The position numbers and the translations under genes are program-made. Below, piece after piece: positions 1 through 7,463 of a stretch of DNA of 38,228 nucleotides. The stretch lies in contig JAICQA010000001.1 of NCBI GenBank assembly GCA_025929595.1, positions 1 to 38,228 on the forward strand, given 5' to 3'. The notes under the pieces were generated by a model. That model saw only the letters and a program-made list of their open reading frames with translations. It was not told the origin of the DNA and did not search any database. Source of the stretch: Xanthobacteraceae bacterium. GTDB lineage: Bacteria > Pseudomonadota > Alphaproteobacteria > Rhizobiales > Xanthobacteraceae. Position 1 is the first letter of the stretch; each line of letters opens with the position of its first letter.

Positions 1-45
1 CTGTTAACCGGAGGGTTGCTGGTTCGAGTCCAGCCCGAGGAGCCA
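1..45 (+). tRNA. tRNA-Asn(GUU), 3' portion only (5' part upstream of window)
   Basis: Anticodon loop C-T-GTT-A-A at 1-7, anticodon-stem 3' strand CCGGA, T-arm GCTGG/TTCGAGT/CCAGC (18-34), acceptor 3' strand CCGAGGA, discriminator G and encoded CCA (43-45). The layout closely resembles the E. coli tRNA-Asn 3' half as I recall it. Confidence 0.8.
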
Positions 46-112
46 GCCATTTCACAGAGGGAACGGGCCAAATCCAGCGATTCCAGCCCGAATTGTCGGC
101 GTGTTTCCGGTG

Positions 113-157
113 TCTCGATTTTTCTCGATTCTTCCATAAATACCGTTGTTTTCGAGA
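113..157. repeat. Tandem TCTCGATT x2 (113-120, 123-130) plus inverted TCGAGA (152-157); possible Int arm-type sites or terminator of the HNH gene
   Basis: Exact 8-mers at 10-bp spacing and one inverted copy, read directly from sequence between the tRNA end and the HNH stop codon. Confidence 0.4.
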
Positions 158-160
158 CGG

Positions 161-646
161 TCATGGTAGCAAGTTGGAAGCATGGGTCGGCAGGTACGAC
201 CAAGTCAGCCTCCTTCTGATCCGGCGAATCGTTTGCGCGCCGACGCGATAGCGAGCGGCCTGCGTTTGTGTAGGCTCGTTTGATGCGCGAATGGCGAGCA
301 CGTCATGCTCTGAAAGCTTTGACAGGTTGCTACTGCGTCCGATGGGCGCAGCCCGGCGTTGTTTTCGTTCCCGGTCGTTGACGTTGTCTTGGTGCGTTCC
401 GATGAACAGATGCGCTGGGTTGACGCATGTTGGGTTGTCGCAGTTGTGGCACACAAACATTCCGGCCGGGATGGCGCCGCGTTCGAACTGGTACGACCAT
501 CGGTGGGCCATGATGTTCACGCCGCCTGATGTCGTGAACTGGCCATACCCGCTACGAAACGTAGAAGCCGTCCAAAGCCAGCACCCCTGAGGGTGCGAAG
601 ACTTGTCTACTTTTGGCCAAAACCGAGTCGCTTCTGGTGTCTTCAT
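161..646 (-). CDS. HNH endonuclease (HNH_3-like with C-terminal HTH-like tail)
   Basis: Motif AHRWSY...FVCHNCDNPTCVNPAHLFIGTHQDNVND is a classic phage HNH_3 signature. The start lies 11 nt downstream of the integrase stop on the same strand. Confidence 0.85.
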   Translation of the reverse strand: MKTPEATRFWPKVDKSSHPQGCWLWTASTFRSGYGQFTTSGGVNIMAHRWSYQFERGAIPAGMFVCHNCDNPTCVNPAHLFIGTHQDNVNDRERKQRRAAPIGRSSNLSKLSEHDVLAIRASNEPTQTQAARYRVGAQTIRRIRRRLTWSYLPTHASNLLP

Positions 647-656
647 TTCGGAAATA

Positions 657-1760
657 TTACTTGGAAGCCGTCGCCTTGTTCAGTGCTTTGACGGCCTGTT
701 GCGCCCGGATGTTCGCCGCGGCCTGGGCGTAGCGGCGCGTCGTGTTGATGTTCGCATGGCGCATCAGCGTCGCCGTTGCCTCGAGATCCCCGGTCGCGAC
801 CAGGACCGCCGTCCCGAACGAATGCCGCAGGTCGTAGGCGCGGACGTCGTCGGACAGCGGCCACGGCTTGGGCCGGGCCTTCGTCGCCTCCTGGGCCGTC
901 CAGGCGTCGCGCGCACGGTTCACGGCCCGGCGCCACGCGTACGCCAGCGAGCGCGTTGAGAAGGGCCCGAGCCCGCCCGCTTTCACCAGCGCCTTGAACG
1001 CGGCGGCGCCGGCCAGCGTTAGCGGCAACGTCGCGCCGATGACGCCGCGGCCCTTGATGCGCTGCGAGACGTAGACTTCCCGGGAGCGAAAGTTCAGGTG
1101 ATGGAGCTCGACGCGCTTCAGCATCGCTTGGGCCAGACCGGTTTCCCGCATGACCCGGAGACGATACTTTGCGAGGTTCGCCGGCGGGGCCTTCTTCTTC
1201 GGGTTGACCGGCCATGCGGTATCGGACATGCCGTCGAGAATCCGATCGATCAGGGCGTCTGGGATCGCGCGCGCGTCGTGGTACGTCACGGGCAGCACGT
1301 CGACATCGGCGGCCGGGTTTAGCGTCTGCCCATAGTTGGTTTTGTAGACCGCCCGCAAGGCGTGCAGCATGTTGTTCAGGTGCTTGGGGCTGAAGGGCTC
1401 GCCGTTCGGCCCCTTCGTCAACCAGGCAGCGCGTTGCGCGCGAATCTCTTTCGGCTCGATGCTTCCGCTCGCACGCGGGCCGAACACGTCGATCCAGTGG
1501 TCGAGCATCGCCTTCTGCTCGTTGCGGGCTCGGCCGTCGGGCACGGTCAGCAGATGATCGGCGCAGTCTTTCGCGAGGGTGCCGCGGCGCGCAGCTGGCG
1601 CGTCCAGCAGATCGCGGCGCTTCCGGATCAGTTGCTCGAGTGGCGTGCCGAGCGGATAGCGATGCTCTTTCCCGCGGACGATGATCCCGATGCCGTGCTT
1701 GTCGGCGTAGATGCCGGTGGCCAGCCGCGTACGCTTCGGCCGCGGGCGCGTCCGTGCCAT
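657..1760 (-). CDS. int: Tyrosine recombinase / phage integrase
   Basis: C-terminal catalytic motifs YDLRHSFGTAVL and LMRHANINTTRRYAQ (H-x-x-R, H, nucleophile Y). Adjacent to the tRNA 3' end. Confidence 0.92.
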   Translation of the reverse strand: MARTRPRPKRTRLATGIYADKHGIGIIVRGKEHRYPLGTPLEQLIRKRRDLLDAPAARRGTLAKDCADHLLTVPDGRARNEQKAMLDHWIDVFGPRASGSIEPKEIRAQRAAWLTKGPNGEPFSPKHLNNMLHALRAVYKTNYGQTLNPAADVDVLPVTYHDARAIPDALIDRILDGMSDTAWPVNPKKKAPPANLAKYRLRVMRETGLAQAMLKRVELHHLNFRSREVYVSQRIKGRGVIGATLPLTLAGAAAFKALVKAGGLGPFSTRSLAYAWRRAVNRARDAWTAQEATKARPKPWPLSDDVRAYDLRHSFGTAVLVATGDLEATATLMRHANINTTRRYAQAAANIRAQQAVKALNKATASK

Positions 1761-1764
1761 GCGT

Positions 1765-1890
1765 TTACTTCTTCGGGAAGGGTGTCACGGTCGCCGGCGT
1801 GGGCTCGATGCGGATTTCCAATCCTCCATCCGATCGATCGACGGTGATCTGTTCGCGCTTTGGTGGTTTCGGCGTGCGGGGCGGGCGCAT
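1765..1890 (-). CDS. Small basic ORF (41 aa) immediately upstream of int; function unknown (Xis-position gene)
   Basis: ATG at 1890 and TAA at 1765-1767, 5 nt before the int ATG. Third-position G/C bias is consistent with coding. Translation MRPPRTPKPPKREQITVDRSDGGLEIRIEP... has no recognised motif. Confidence 0.3.
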   Translation of the reverse strand: MRPPRTPKPPKREQITVDRSDGGLEIRIEPTPATVTPFPKK

Positions 1891-1901
1891 CGGATGCACG
1901 G

Positions 1902-2276
1902 TCATTTATTGTTGACCTTCAGATCGACGAGCTTCCAGCCCTGGCCTTCTCGTGCCACTTCACAGCGGTAGCTCGTGCGCAGCAGCGCGCCGAAGCCGTT
2001 CTGTGAATCGACATGCGAGGTGACGACGTAGACCGGATCCTCATTGGAAACGGCGGCGTCTAAGAAGGCTGGATGCTGCGCACTGCCCGGCGATCGAAGG
2101 GTGCGCTCGACGAATTGCGTGCACGCGGCGAAGGCGCCCGCTTGATCGTTGCGGGCCGTGCCGCCGAGCCATTCGACGAGCATCACGGCGGCGAGCACCA
2201 GCACAACCACGCCGACAGTTCCCGCACGTGAACGGAGTCCCGATGATTGATCGCGCACATTTTGCATGGTGGTCAT
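1902..2276 (-). CDS. Membrane-anchored small protein (N-terminal TM helix, ~85-aa extracytoplasmic domain); start may be 2351
   Basis: TM segment VGVVVLVLAAVMLVEWL follows a short basic N-terminus. Lies between the repressor and int on the lysogeny strand. Confidence 0.6.
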   Translation of the reverse strand: MTTMQNVRDQSSGLRSRAGTVGVVVLVLAAVMLVEWLGGTARNDQAGAFAACTQFVERTLRSPGSAQHPAFLDAAVSNEDPVYVVTSHVDSQNGFGALLRTSYRCEVAREGQGWKLVDLKVNNK

Positions 2277-2536
2277 CGTTCGCCTCGCGACAGAATTCGC
2301 CCCGTGATCTCTCTTTCGTGATCGATTGCTCGGGCTGACCCAGCTTGTCACATCGCCGTTGCAAACTCGGCGCTACATGCGTAGAGTTGGCCTTCACCCG
2401 TCAGATGTACTGGTGACATTCAACGCCCCCTAGAAAGCACTCGGCCAATATATGGCTACCCGTCGGCGTTCCGTCGTCGTTCGCTTGTCTGCAGAAGACC
2501 ACGCGGCGTACCTGGTGTATCAGGAGCTGCCCGCGT

Positions 2537-2923
2537 TTATTCGTGCCTCGCTCCGCGCTTTGGTCGTTTCGTTGCACCGGTCCTTCGGTCGGGCGCGGCC
2601 TCCTTCATTACGTTCAGGAACGACGCCCGCAAATCGTCCGTCGGCAGGGCGTTAAACGCCGCGACAACTTCCGATGGCTCACCCGCCGAATCTTGATGCG
2701 CGACGAGATCGAAGAGGGTGCGCCCGAAGAAGCGAGCCCAGCGATCCAGTGTGTCGATGTCGATCGACAGATCGCCCTTCTCCCACTTGCCCACGGTGGT
2801 CTGGTGCGTCCCAGTCACCTGGCCGAGTCGCTCTTGGGACACCTTGTTCTGGTCGCGCCATTTCCGAATGCGCTGCCGCGCCAGTTGCTCGAGTTCTCCC
2901 ATGCGTGGCAGTGTTAATAGCAC
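2537..2923 (-). CDS. XRE/cI-like HTH repressor (start GTG 2923 or ATG 2902)
   Basis: HTH signature VSQERLGQVTGTHQTTVGKWEKGD. Divergent from a Cro-like gene across an AT-rich switch region. Confidence 0.85.
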   Translation of the reverse strand: MLLTLPRMGELEQLARQRIRKWRDQNKVSQERLGQVTGTHQTTVGKWEKGDLSIDIDTLDRWARFFGRTLFDLVAHQDSAGEPSEVVAAFNALPTDDLRASFLNVMKEAAPDRRTGATKRPKRGARHE

Positions 2924-2925
2924 AT

Positions 2926-2990
2926 CAAGCCATATAGATTAGTAATACAAGCGAAATAGGTTGACATGCAAAGCCAGATGGCTTTATCGT
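2926..2990. promoter_or_regulatory. Immunity switch region: perfect operator palindrome AAAGCCA-GA-TGGCTTT (2970-2985), degenerate copy CAAGCCATATAGATTA (2926-2941), rightward promoter TTGACA (2961-2966) / TATCGT (2985-2990)
   Basis: Read directly. The palindrome sits between the -35 and -10 elements. The region is visibly AT-richer than its flanks and lies between divergent HTH genes. Confidence 0.5.
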
Positions 2991-2996
2991 GTCGCC

Positions 2997-3218
2997 ATGT
3001 TGCTTGCCAATACGCCCCTGGCGAAGTGGATGGACGCCACGGGTCGCACGACGTCCGGCTTGGCCCGCGAGCTGGGTGAAAGCCGCCTCCGGATTCAGCA
3101 TTACGTGCATCGTCGGGCGTTCCCCCAAGGGCCCCTGCTGATCAAGCTGATTAACCTCACCGGCTTGGAAGCGGTCGATTTCCTGCCGAAGAAGGCGCGA
3201 CGGAAGAAGGCGGCCTAA
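2997..3218 (+). CDS. Cro-like small HTH regulator (ORF-track frame opens at TTG 2961; ATG 2997 preferred)
   Basis: HTH-like TSGLARELGESRLRIQHYVHRR. First gene of the rightward operon, opposite the repressor. Confidence 0.65.
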   Translation: MLLANTPLAKWMDATGRTTSGLARELGESRLRIQHYVHRRAFPQGPLLIKLINLTGLEAVDFLPKKARRKKAA

Positions 3219-3219
3219 C

Positions 3220-3510
3220 GTGGCCGTCTCCCCTGACCAGAACCGCCAAGCGTCGCATCGAGCGCCGGTAGCGGGCGCGGTGCAGCCGGTACAAGACCCG
3301 ATCGGCGCGGGCGACGGCGAGCAGCTGCGTGAGCTCAGTGCGGCCGAGGCTGCGACGGTGTTCTTCCGGGAGTTCGATCGGATCATCCGCAACAAGCGCG
3401 TCCTTGAAAGTGCTCAGTTGTCCCATGGCTCAGATGGTGTCCTGCGGGCACCGTCGCGGGAACGGGACGGCGCACACGAAAGTTGCCACGAAACGGAGCC
3501 GCGCCGATGA
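3220..3510 (+). CDS. Hypothetical early protein
   Basis: GTG start 2 nt after the Cro-like stop, and its stop overlaps the next ATG (ATGA at 3507-3510). Codon statistics cannot distinguish it from the antisense ORF 3157-3426. Confidence 0.4.
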   Translation: MAVSPDQNRQASHRAPVAGAVQPVQDPIGAGDGEQLRELSAAEAATVFFREFDRIIRNKRVLESAQLSHGSDGVLRAPSRERDGAHESCHETEPRR

Positions 3511-3929
3511 CCCTCGTCGCAGCCGTGCGCAGTCTTGTGCATGACGGGCCCCGCCCACCGAAAGCGATCGCCGATGACGCCGGGGTCGGCTACGCCTACC
3601 TGCTGAAAGCGGCGGACGACGCGCAACCCGATGTGCAGTTTCAGGCCCGCTGGATCGGGCCGGTGACGCGCGCGGCGGGCAACTGCGTGCTCATCCAGTA
3701 CTTGGCGAAGGAGTGCGGCGGCGTGTTCTTCCAGCCGCGTCGCTGCAGCTCCAATACCTCGCACACCGCCCGGACGTTGAAGGAATTCTCCGATTACCTG
3801 GCGACGTACGCGCAGCACGAAGACAAAGGCTTCACCAAGTTCGAAGTCGAGGAGATCGAGCAGGAGGCGCACGACGTCATCAGCGCCCTGCTCTGCCAGA
3901 TCGACAAGTTGAAAGCGGACGCGCGATGA
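3507..3929 (+). CDS. Hypothetical early regulatory-type protein (loosely CII/CP76-like layout)
   Basis: ATGA-coupled start. Acidic C-terminal helix EVEEIEQEAHDVISALLCQIDKLK. The family assignment is only an impression. Confidence 0.55.
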   Translation: MTLVAAVRSLVHDGPRPPKAIADDAGVGYAYLLKAADDAQPDVQFQARWIGPVTRAAGNCVLIQYLAKECGGVFFQPRRCSSNTSHTARTLKEFSDYLATYAQHEDKGFTKFEVEEIEQEAHDVISALLCQIDKLKADAR

Positions 3930-4171
3930 AGCCGACCCTGCGACTCGATACGTGCGGCGACTGGCTGACGCTGCAGCAGTACAGCGATTGGCGCGGTGAA
4001 GCCCCGAAGACGGTCTATGCGCAGATCAAGCGCGCGACCTGCTTTGTGATGCCGGCGACGTTGAAGCCGTTGCGTTGGCGGCGATCGGATTGTGAGAAGG
4101 CCATGGGAAACGCGGACGCCTTGAAAGATCGGCAGCGGCGCGCGAGTGCGCAGTTCAGAGCCGCCAGCTAG
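3926..4171 (+). CDS. AlpA/excisionase-type (HTH_17-like) DNA-binding protein
   Basis: WLTLQQYSDWRGEAPKTVYAQIKR...LKPLRWRRSDCEKAM matches the usual small MerR-like Xis/AlpA pattern. ATGA-coupled start. Confidence 0.55.
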   Translation: MKPTLRLDTCGDWLTLQQYSDWRGEAPKTVYAQIKRATCFVMPATLKPLRWRRSDCEKAMGNADALKDRQRRASAQFRAAS

Positions 4172-4906
4172 ATGAGCCACGACATGATGACTCCCTCTCA
4201 ACGTGAATTCGGTAAATCGGTGCTGTTGTTCGTGGTGGGCGTGTTCTCACTGGCGCTCGTCCTCGGCTGTTCGGATGTAAGGACGCCGACAGGCCCCTCG
4301 GTGGCGCCGGTTGCGTCGAGCGCGATTGTGACTCCGGTTGCCGCTGAACCTGTTCCGGCGCCCACGCCATCACCCGCGCCGCCGATCGCTGCTACGCCGA
4401 CCCCGTCGGCGCCAGCGATCCCCGCGCGTCCCTTCGCCCGCACGGATTGCGACTACAGCAACCTGTCAGCGGTCCGGTGCTACAACCCGAGCGACCAGAC
4501 GATCGTGTTGAGCGCCGGCGTCATCGTGAGCGGTGCCGCGGGATGCAATCTGAACTGGGCAGGGAAGCACGAGAACGTCGTCATTCCGCCGCGATCGAAC
4601 GGCTACTTTACGTTGCCGGGTCCGACCTGCGCGGTCTATCAGTTGGACTTCTTCTTCGGCGCGACCGTTGGCCGCTGCCTGAATCCTGACTTCACCGCCG
4701 AGCGGACGTATGCCAGCACGACGGGATGCGCGCCGCCTCCACCGCCGCCGCCCGTCTGTATCGATCCGGCGTGGGGACCATGGATCAACGTCGTCACGCC
4801 AGCGCAGATCAGGACGCACCCCGGCCCGAAGTGTAGGCAGGAACAGCGGACGCGCACCCTGTGCAACGGCACGGTGGAATCTGAGACGCGGACGGTGTGT
4901 CAGTGA
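4172..4906 (+). CDS. Secreted lipoprotein with Pro/Ala-rich linker and Cys-rich C-terminal domain
   Basis: Signal peptide plus lipobox LLFVVGVFSLALVLGC, then a PA-rich linker, a C-terminal domain with several Cys and a PPPPPPP tract. Confidence 0.7.
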   Translation: MSHDMMTPSQREFGKSVLLFVVGVFSLALVLGCSDVRTPTGPSVAPVASSAIVTPVAAEPVPAPTPSPAPPIAATPTPSAPAIPARPFARTDCDYSNLSAVRCYNPSDQTIVLSAGVIVSGAAGCNLNWAGKHENVVIPPRSNGYFTLPGPTCAVYQLDFFFGATVGRCLNPDFTAERTYASTTGCAPPPPPPPVCIDPAWGPWINVVTPAQIRTHPGPKCRQEQRTRTLCNGTVESETRTVCQ

Positions 4907-5202
4907 GCGAGCAGCACACCCCCGGCCCGTGTAAGTGGGACGACGATGGGTTCACGTCTCTGTCGGCGATTGGCAGCGAAGTCATTACGTATGCGCCATA
5001 TGAAAACAGCTGGTTGTCGTTTGGTCCGCACCGGGAAGCCAACGCGCGTCTGATTGCCTCCGCGCCTGATCTGCTGGCTGCGCTGAAGGCGATGGTAGCC
5101 AGCTACCACGGGCTGCGCGACATGCTGACGAACGGCGTGGTTCTCGACAAGTTGAACGCCGCCGAAGCCGCTATCGCCAAAGCGGAGGGGAAACAGCCAT
5201 GA
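4897..5202 (+). CDS. Hypothetical phage protein (ANARLIASAPDLLAALKA motif); paralogue-like to 15184-15462
   Basis: ORF overlaps the neighbouring stop. Shares a C-terminal ALKA(M/V)V...AI(A/Q)KAEG(K/R) signature with the 92-aa protein at 15184. Confidence 0.6.
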   Translation: MSVSEQHTPGPCKWDDDGFTSLSAIGSEVITYAPYENSWLSFGPHREANARLIASAPDLLAALKAMVASYHGLRDMLTNGVVLDKLNAAEAAIAKAEGKQP

Positions 5203-5309
5203 CGATCCCCTGGCTGTTCTTCGCGAAGTGGTTCTTCGGGGTACTGGCGATCCGCTACGCCGTGAATCAGGGCTGGCTGATCTTCGACGAACGACAGGCA
5301 GAAAAGTAA
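5199..5309 (+). CDS. Small hydrophobic protein (36 aa, one TM)
   Basis: ATGA-coupled start. MTIPWLFFAKWFFGVLAIRYAV..., with strong G/C third-position bias. Confidence 0.45.
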   Translation: MTIPWLFFAKWFFGVLAIRYAVNQGWLIFDERQAEK

Positions 5310-5311
5310 AA

Positions 5312-5334
5312 GCCCGCGACTGCGAATCGCGGGC
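5312..5334 (+). terminator. Hairpin GCCCGCGA-ctgcgaa-TCGCGGGC (no T-tract)
   Basis: Perfect 8-bp GC-rich stem 3 nt after the stop at 5309. Lies in the only sizeable gap of this operon segment. Confidence 0.35.
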
Positions 5335-5364
5335 CGGTAGATCAACGAAAGGTAGGTTTCGTCA

Positions 5365-5799
5365 ATGTCGAGAGTAGCAGAGTCACTAATGGGACAGCAA
5401 CAGAGCACGGGCTGGATGTCTGGACCGTTGCCGAGCCAGCTGGAACAGATCGCCCTCAAGGTGTTCAGCCGTCAGTATCCGATGGCGGCCTGGTCTGACC
5501 CGGTGTTCAGTGCGGAGCGGAACGATGCGCGCCGGTTCGTGCTGCACGTGCGCGAAGACTTTCAGGCGCTGGACGCCTGGACGATCGAGGACGCCCATGA
5601 GCGGCTGACAGACAGGATGCTGCCGCTCGCGTTTGGCGCTCGCCGGATCGGGCCGACACTCCGTCAGGAAGTCGTGGACTACTGCGAGTGCTTCATTGCG
5701 GATTTCTGGGGCGCACTCGGCCGGCGGTTGATCTTCCCCGCCGAGATCGAAAAGAACACGCGCGACTGCGAACGGGAGGATGCCCGTGGCCGTCGCTAA
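5365..5799 (+). CDS. Hypothetical early protein
   Basis: ORF with upstream AAAGG. Its end overlaps the ERF start. No recognised motif. Confidence 0.55.
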   Translation: MSRVAESLMGQQQSTGWMSGPLPSQLEQIALKVFSRQYPMAAWSDPVFSAERNDARRFVLHVREDFQALDAWTIEDAHERLTDRMLPLAFGARRIGPTLRQEVVDYCECFIADFWGALGRRLIFPAEIEKNTRDCEREDARGRR

Positions 5800-6550
5800 C
5801 GCGGTCAAAGACGTGGCGCTCGTTCCGGCGCCGACGTCCGATCCGGCCCTGTCGATGATCGAGCGGTTCGCCGCCGATCCAGCCTTCGACGTCGCGAAAC
5901 TGCAGGCGTTGATGGACATGCGCGAGCGGGAAATGAAGCGAGTCGCCGAGCAGGACTTCAACCAGGCGATGAACCGCGCACAGAAGCGGATGCGCCCGAT
6001 CGACGCCGATTCAAATAATCCGCAGACGAAGAGCAAGTACGCCAGCTACAAGGCGCTTGATCTGGCGCTTCGGCCGATCTACACCGACGAGGGCTTCGGC
6101 TTGTCGTTCGACACCGCTGATAGTCCACTGCCGGCGCATGTCCGCGTCCTGTGCTACGTGACGCAGGCGGCCGGGCACGCGCGCACCTACCGGGTCGACA
6201 TGCCCGCCGATGGCAAGGGTGCCAAGGGCGGCGATGTGATGACGCTGACGCACGCCGCCGGCGCGGCCATGTCCTACGGGATGCGCTACTTGCTGAAGAT
6301 GATCTTCAACATCGCCGTCGGCGAAGAGGATCGCGACGGCAACCAAGTGCGCGAAGAAGTCGCCGCGCCGGCCGGTTTCCAAGACTGGTTCTTGGACATG
6401 GACGCGTCACTGGCCACGTCAGATTGGAAGCAATGGTCTGACGCGTGGAACAAGTCCAAGCCCGAACACCGCGGCCATCTGGCGAAGACGAACCCCGGAA
6501 AGATTGACGAGTGGAAGCGCAAGGCGAAGGCGAACGGGTTGCCGAAATGA
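5780..6550 (+). CDS. erf: ERF-family single-strand annealing protein
   Basis: SKYASYKALDLALRPIYTDEGFGLSF and THAAGAAMSYGMRYLLKMIFNIAVGEEDRDG match the ERF core pattern. Followed by a YqaJ exonuclease. Confidence 0.75.
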   Translation: MPVAVANAVKDVALVPAPTSDPALSMIERFAADPAFDVAKLQALMDMREREMKRVAEQDFNQAMNRAQKRMRPIDADSNNPQTKSKYASYKALDLALRPIYTDEGFGLSFDTADSPLPAHVRVLCYVTQAAGHARTYRVDMPADGKGAKGGDVMTLTHAAGAAMSYGMRYLLKMIFNIAVGEEDRDGNQVREEVAAPAGFQDWFLDMDASLATSDWKQWSDAWNKSKPEHRGHLAKTNPGKIDEWKRKAKANGLPK

Positions 6551-7209
6551 GGGCATTCACGATCATCGACGCCGAGCAGCGCTCGGACGCATGGAAGCAG
6601 GCCCGGCTCGGTCGCCTGACCGGATCCACAGCCGGCAAGATGCTGGCGAAGACGCAAAAGGGCTGGGGCGCCGACCGTCGGAACTTGATGCTGCAAATGA
6701 TTCTCGAGCGGCTCACGAACAAGCCGCAGGAATCGGGCTACCAGAACGACGCGATGCGCACCGGCATCGAGCGCGAGCCGCTGGCGATCGCCGCGTACGA
6801 GGCATACACCGGGTATCTGTTCGAGCAGACCGGATTCCTGTCGCACGACACGCTGATGGCTGGGGCATCGCTCGACGCCCACCTGGGCGACTTCGAGGTG
6901 CTGGTGTCGATCAAGTGCCGACAGCCGGCGGCGCATTGGGATTTTCTGCGCTCAGGGATCATCGACGCGAAAGCGATCGCGCAGATGCGGCATGAGGCGT
7001 GGATGTGCTCAGACACGTTCCGTGAACACCACTACGTTAGTTGGAATCCTGACTTTCCAGACGACAAGCAACTGAAGGCGGTCGTCTACACGCCGCAGAT
7101 GCTCGACATCCCAGAATACGAGCGCGAGGCGCTGAGTTTCCTGAGCGAGTGCGACACCGAACTGAAATCGATCGATGGCTGGAAGGCCGAAGCGGCAGGT
7201 GTCGCATGA
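6547..7209 (+). CDS. YqaJ-like (lambda-Exo fold) recombination exonuclease
   Basis: N-terminal QRSDAWKQARLGRLTGSTAGKML, GIEREPLAIAAYE and ASLDAH...VSIKC motifs. ATGA-coupled to erf. Confidence 0.85.
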   Translation: MRAFTIIDAEQRSDAWKQARLGRLTGSTAGKMLAKTQKGWGADRRNLMLQMILERLTNKPQESGYQNDAMRTGIEREPLAIAAYEAYTGYLFEQTGFLSHDTLMAGASLDAHLGDFEVLVSIKCRQPAAHWDFLRSGIIDAKAIAQMRHEAWMCSDTFREHHYVSWNPDFPDDKQLKAVVYTPQMLDIPEYEREALSFLSECDTELKSIDGWKAEAAGVA

Positions 7210-7463
7210 GCGAGAAATTTTACTATCGCCTCACACAGCGCGGGCACGAAGTCACCAGCGAGATCGTCTGCCTGGAACACTACGCCTACGCCTCACAACC
7301 CGGTCGAGACATGGGCCCGCTCTCCGTGCGCGAACAAGCCGCCGGCTACCGACAGACGGTCATTCCGTACAAGGGTGATCGGGATTGTGCGACGTGCAAC
7401 GAGATCGACAACCGTCATTCCGAGCAGGGTGAATTGCAGTCTGAGCGGAGGTTGCAGCCGTAA
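7206..7463 (+). CDS. Hypothetical small protein
   Basis: ATGA-coupled ORF. No recognised motif. Confidence 0.5.
   Translation: MSEKFYYRLTQRGHEVTSEIVCLEHYAYASQPGRDMGPLSVREQAAGYRQTVIPYKGDRDCATCNEIDNRHSEQGELQSERRLQP

Noticed and set aside
16-219. 67-aa plus-strand ORF at the window start
   Set aside because: It runs through the tRNA-Asn 3' end and the att region, and is not credible as coding.
643-1215. 190-aa alternative-frame minus ORF inside the integrase gene
   Set aside because: The overlapping frame is Arg/Gly/Pro-rich, whereas the 657-1760 frame carries the tyrosine-recombinase motifs.
3157-3426. 89-aa minus-strand ORF that looks as plausible as the plus ORF 3220-3510
   Set aside because: Third-position versus first-position G/C counts do not discriminate between the two strands. 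I kept the plus ORF because it abuts the Cro-like stop and is ATGA-coupled to the next gene, whereas the minus ORF would overlap the Cro-like gene by 60 nt. This remains uncertain.
5386-6036. 216-aa minus-strand ORF
   Set aside because: Antisense to the 5365 gene and the erf 5' end. The plus frames are coupled, and erf has family motifs.
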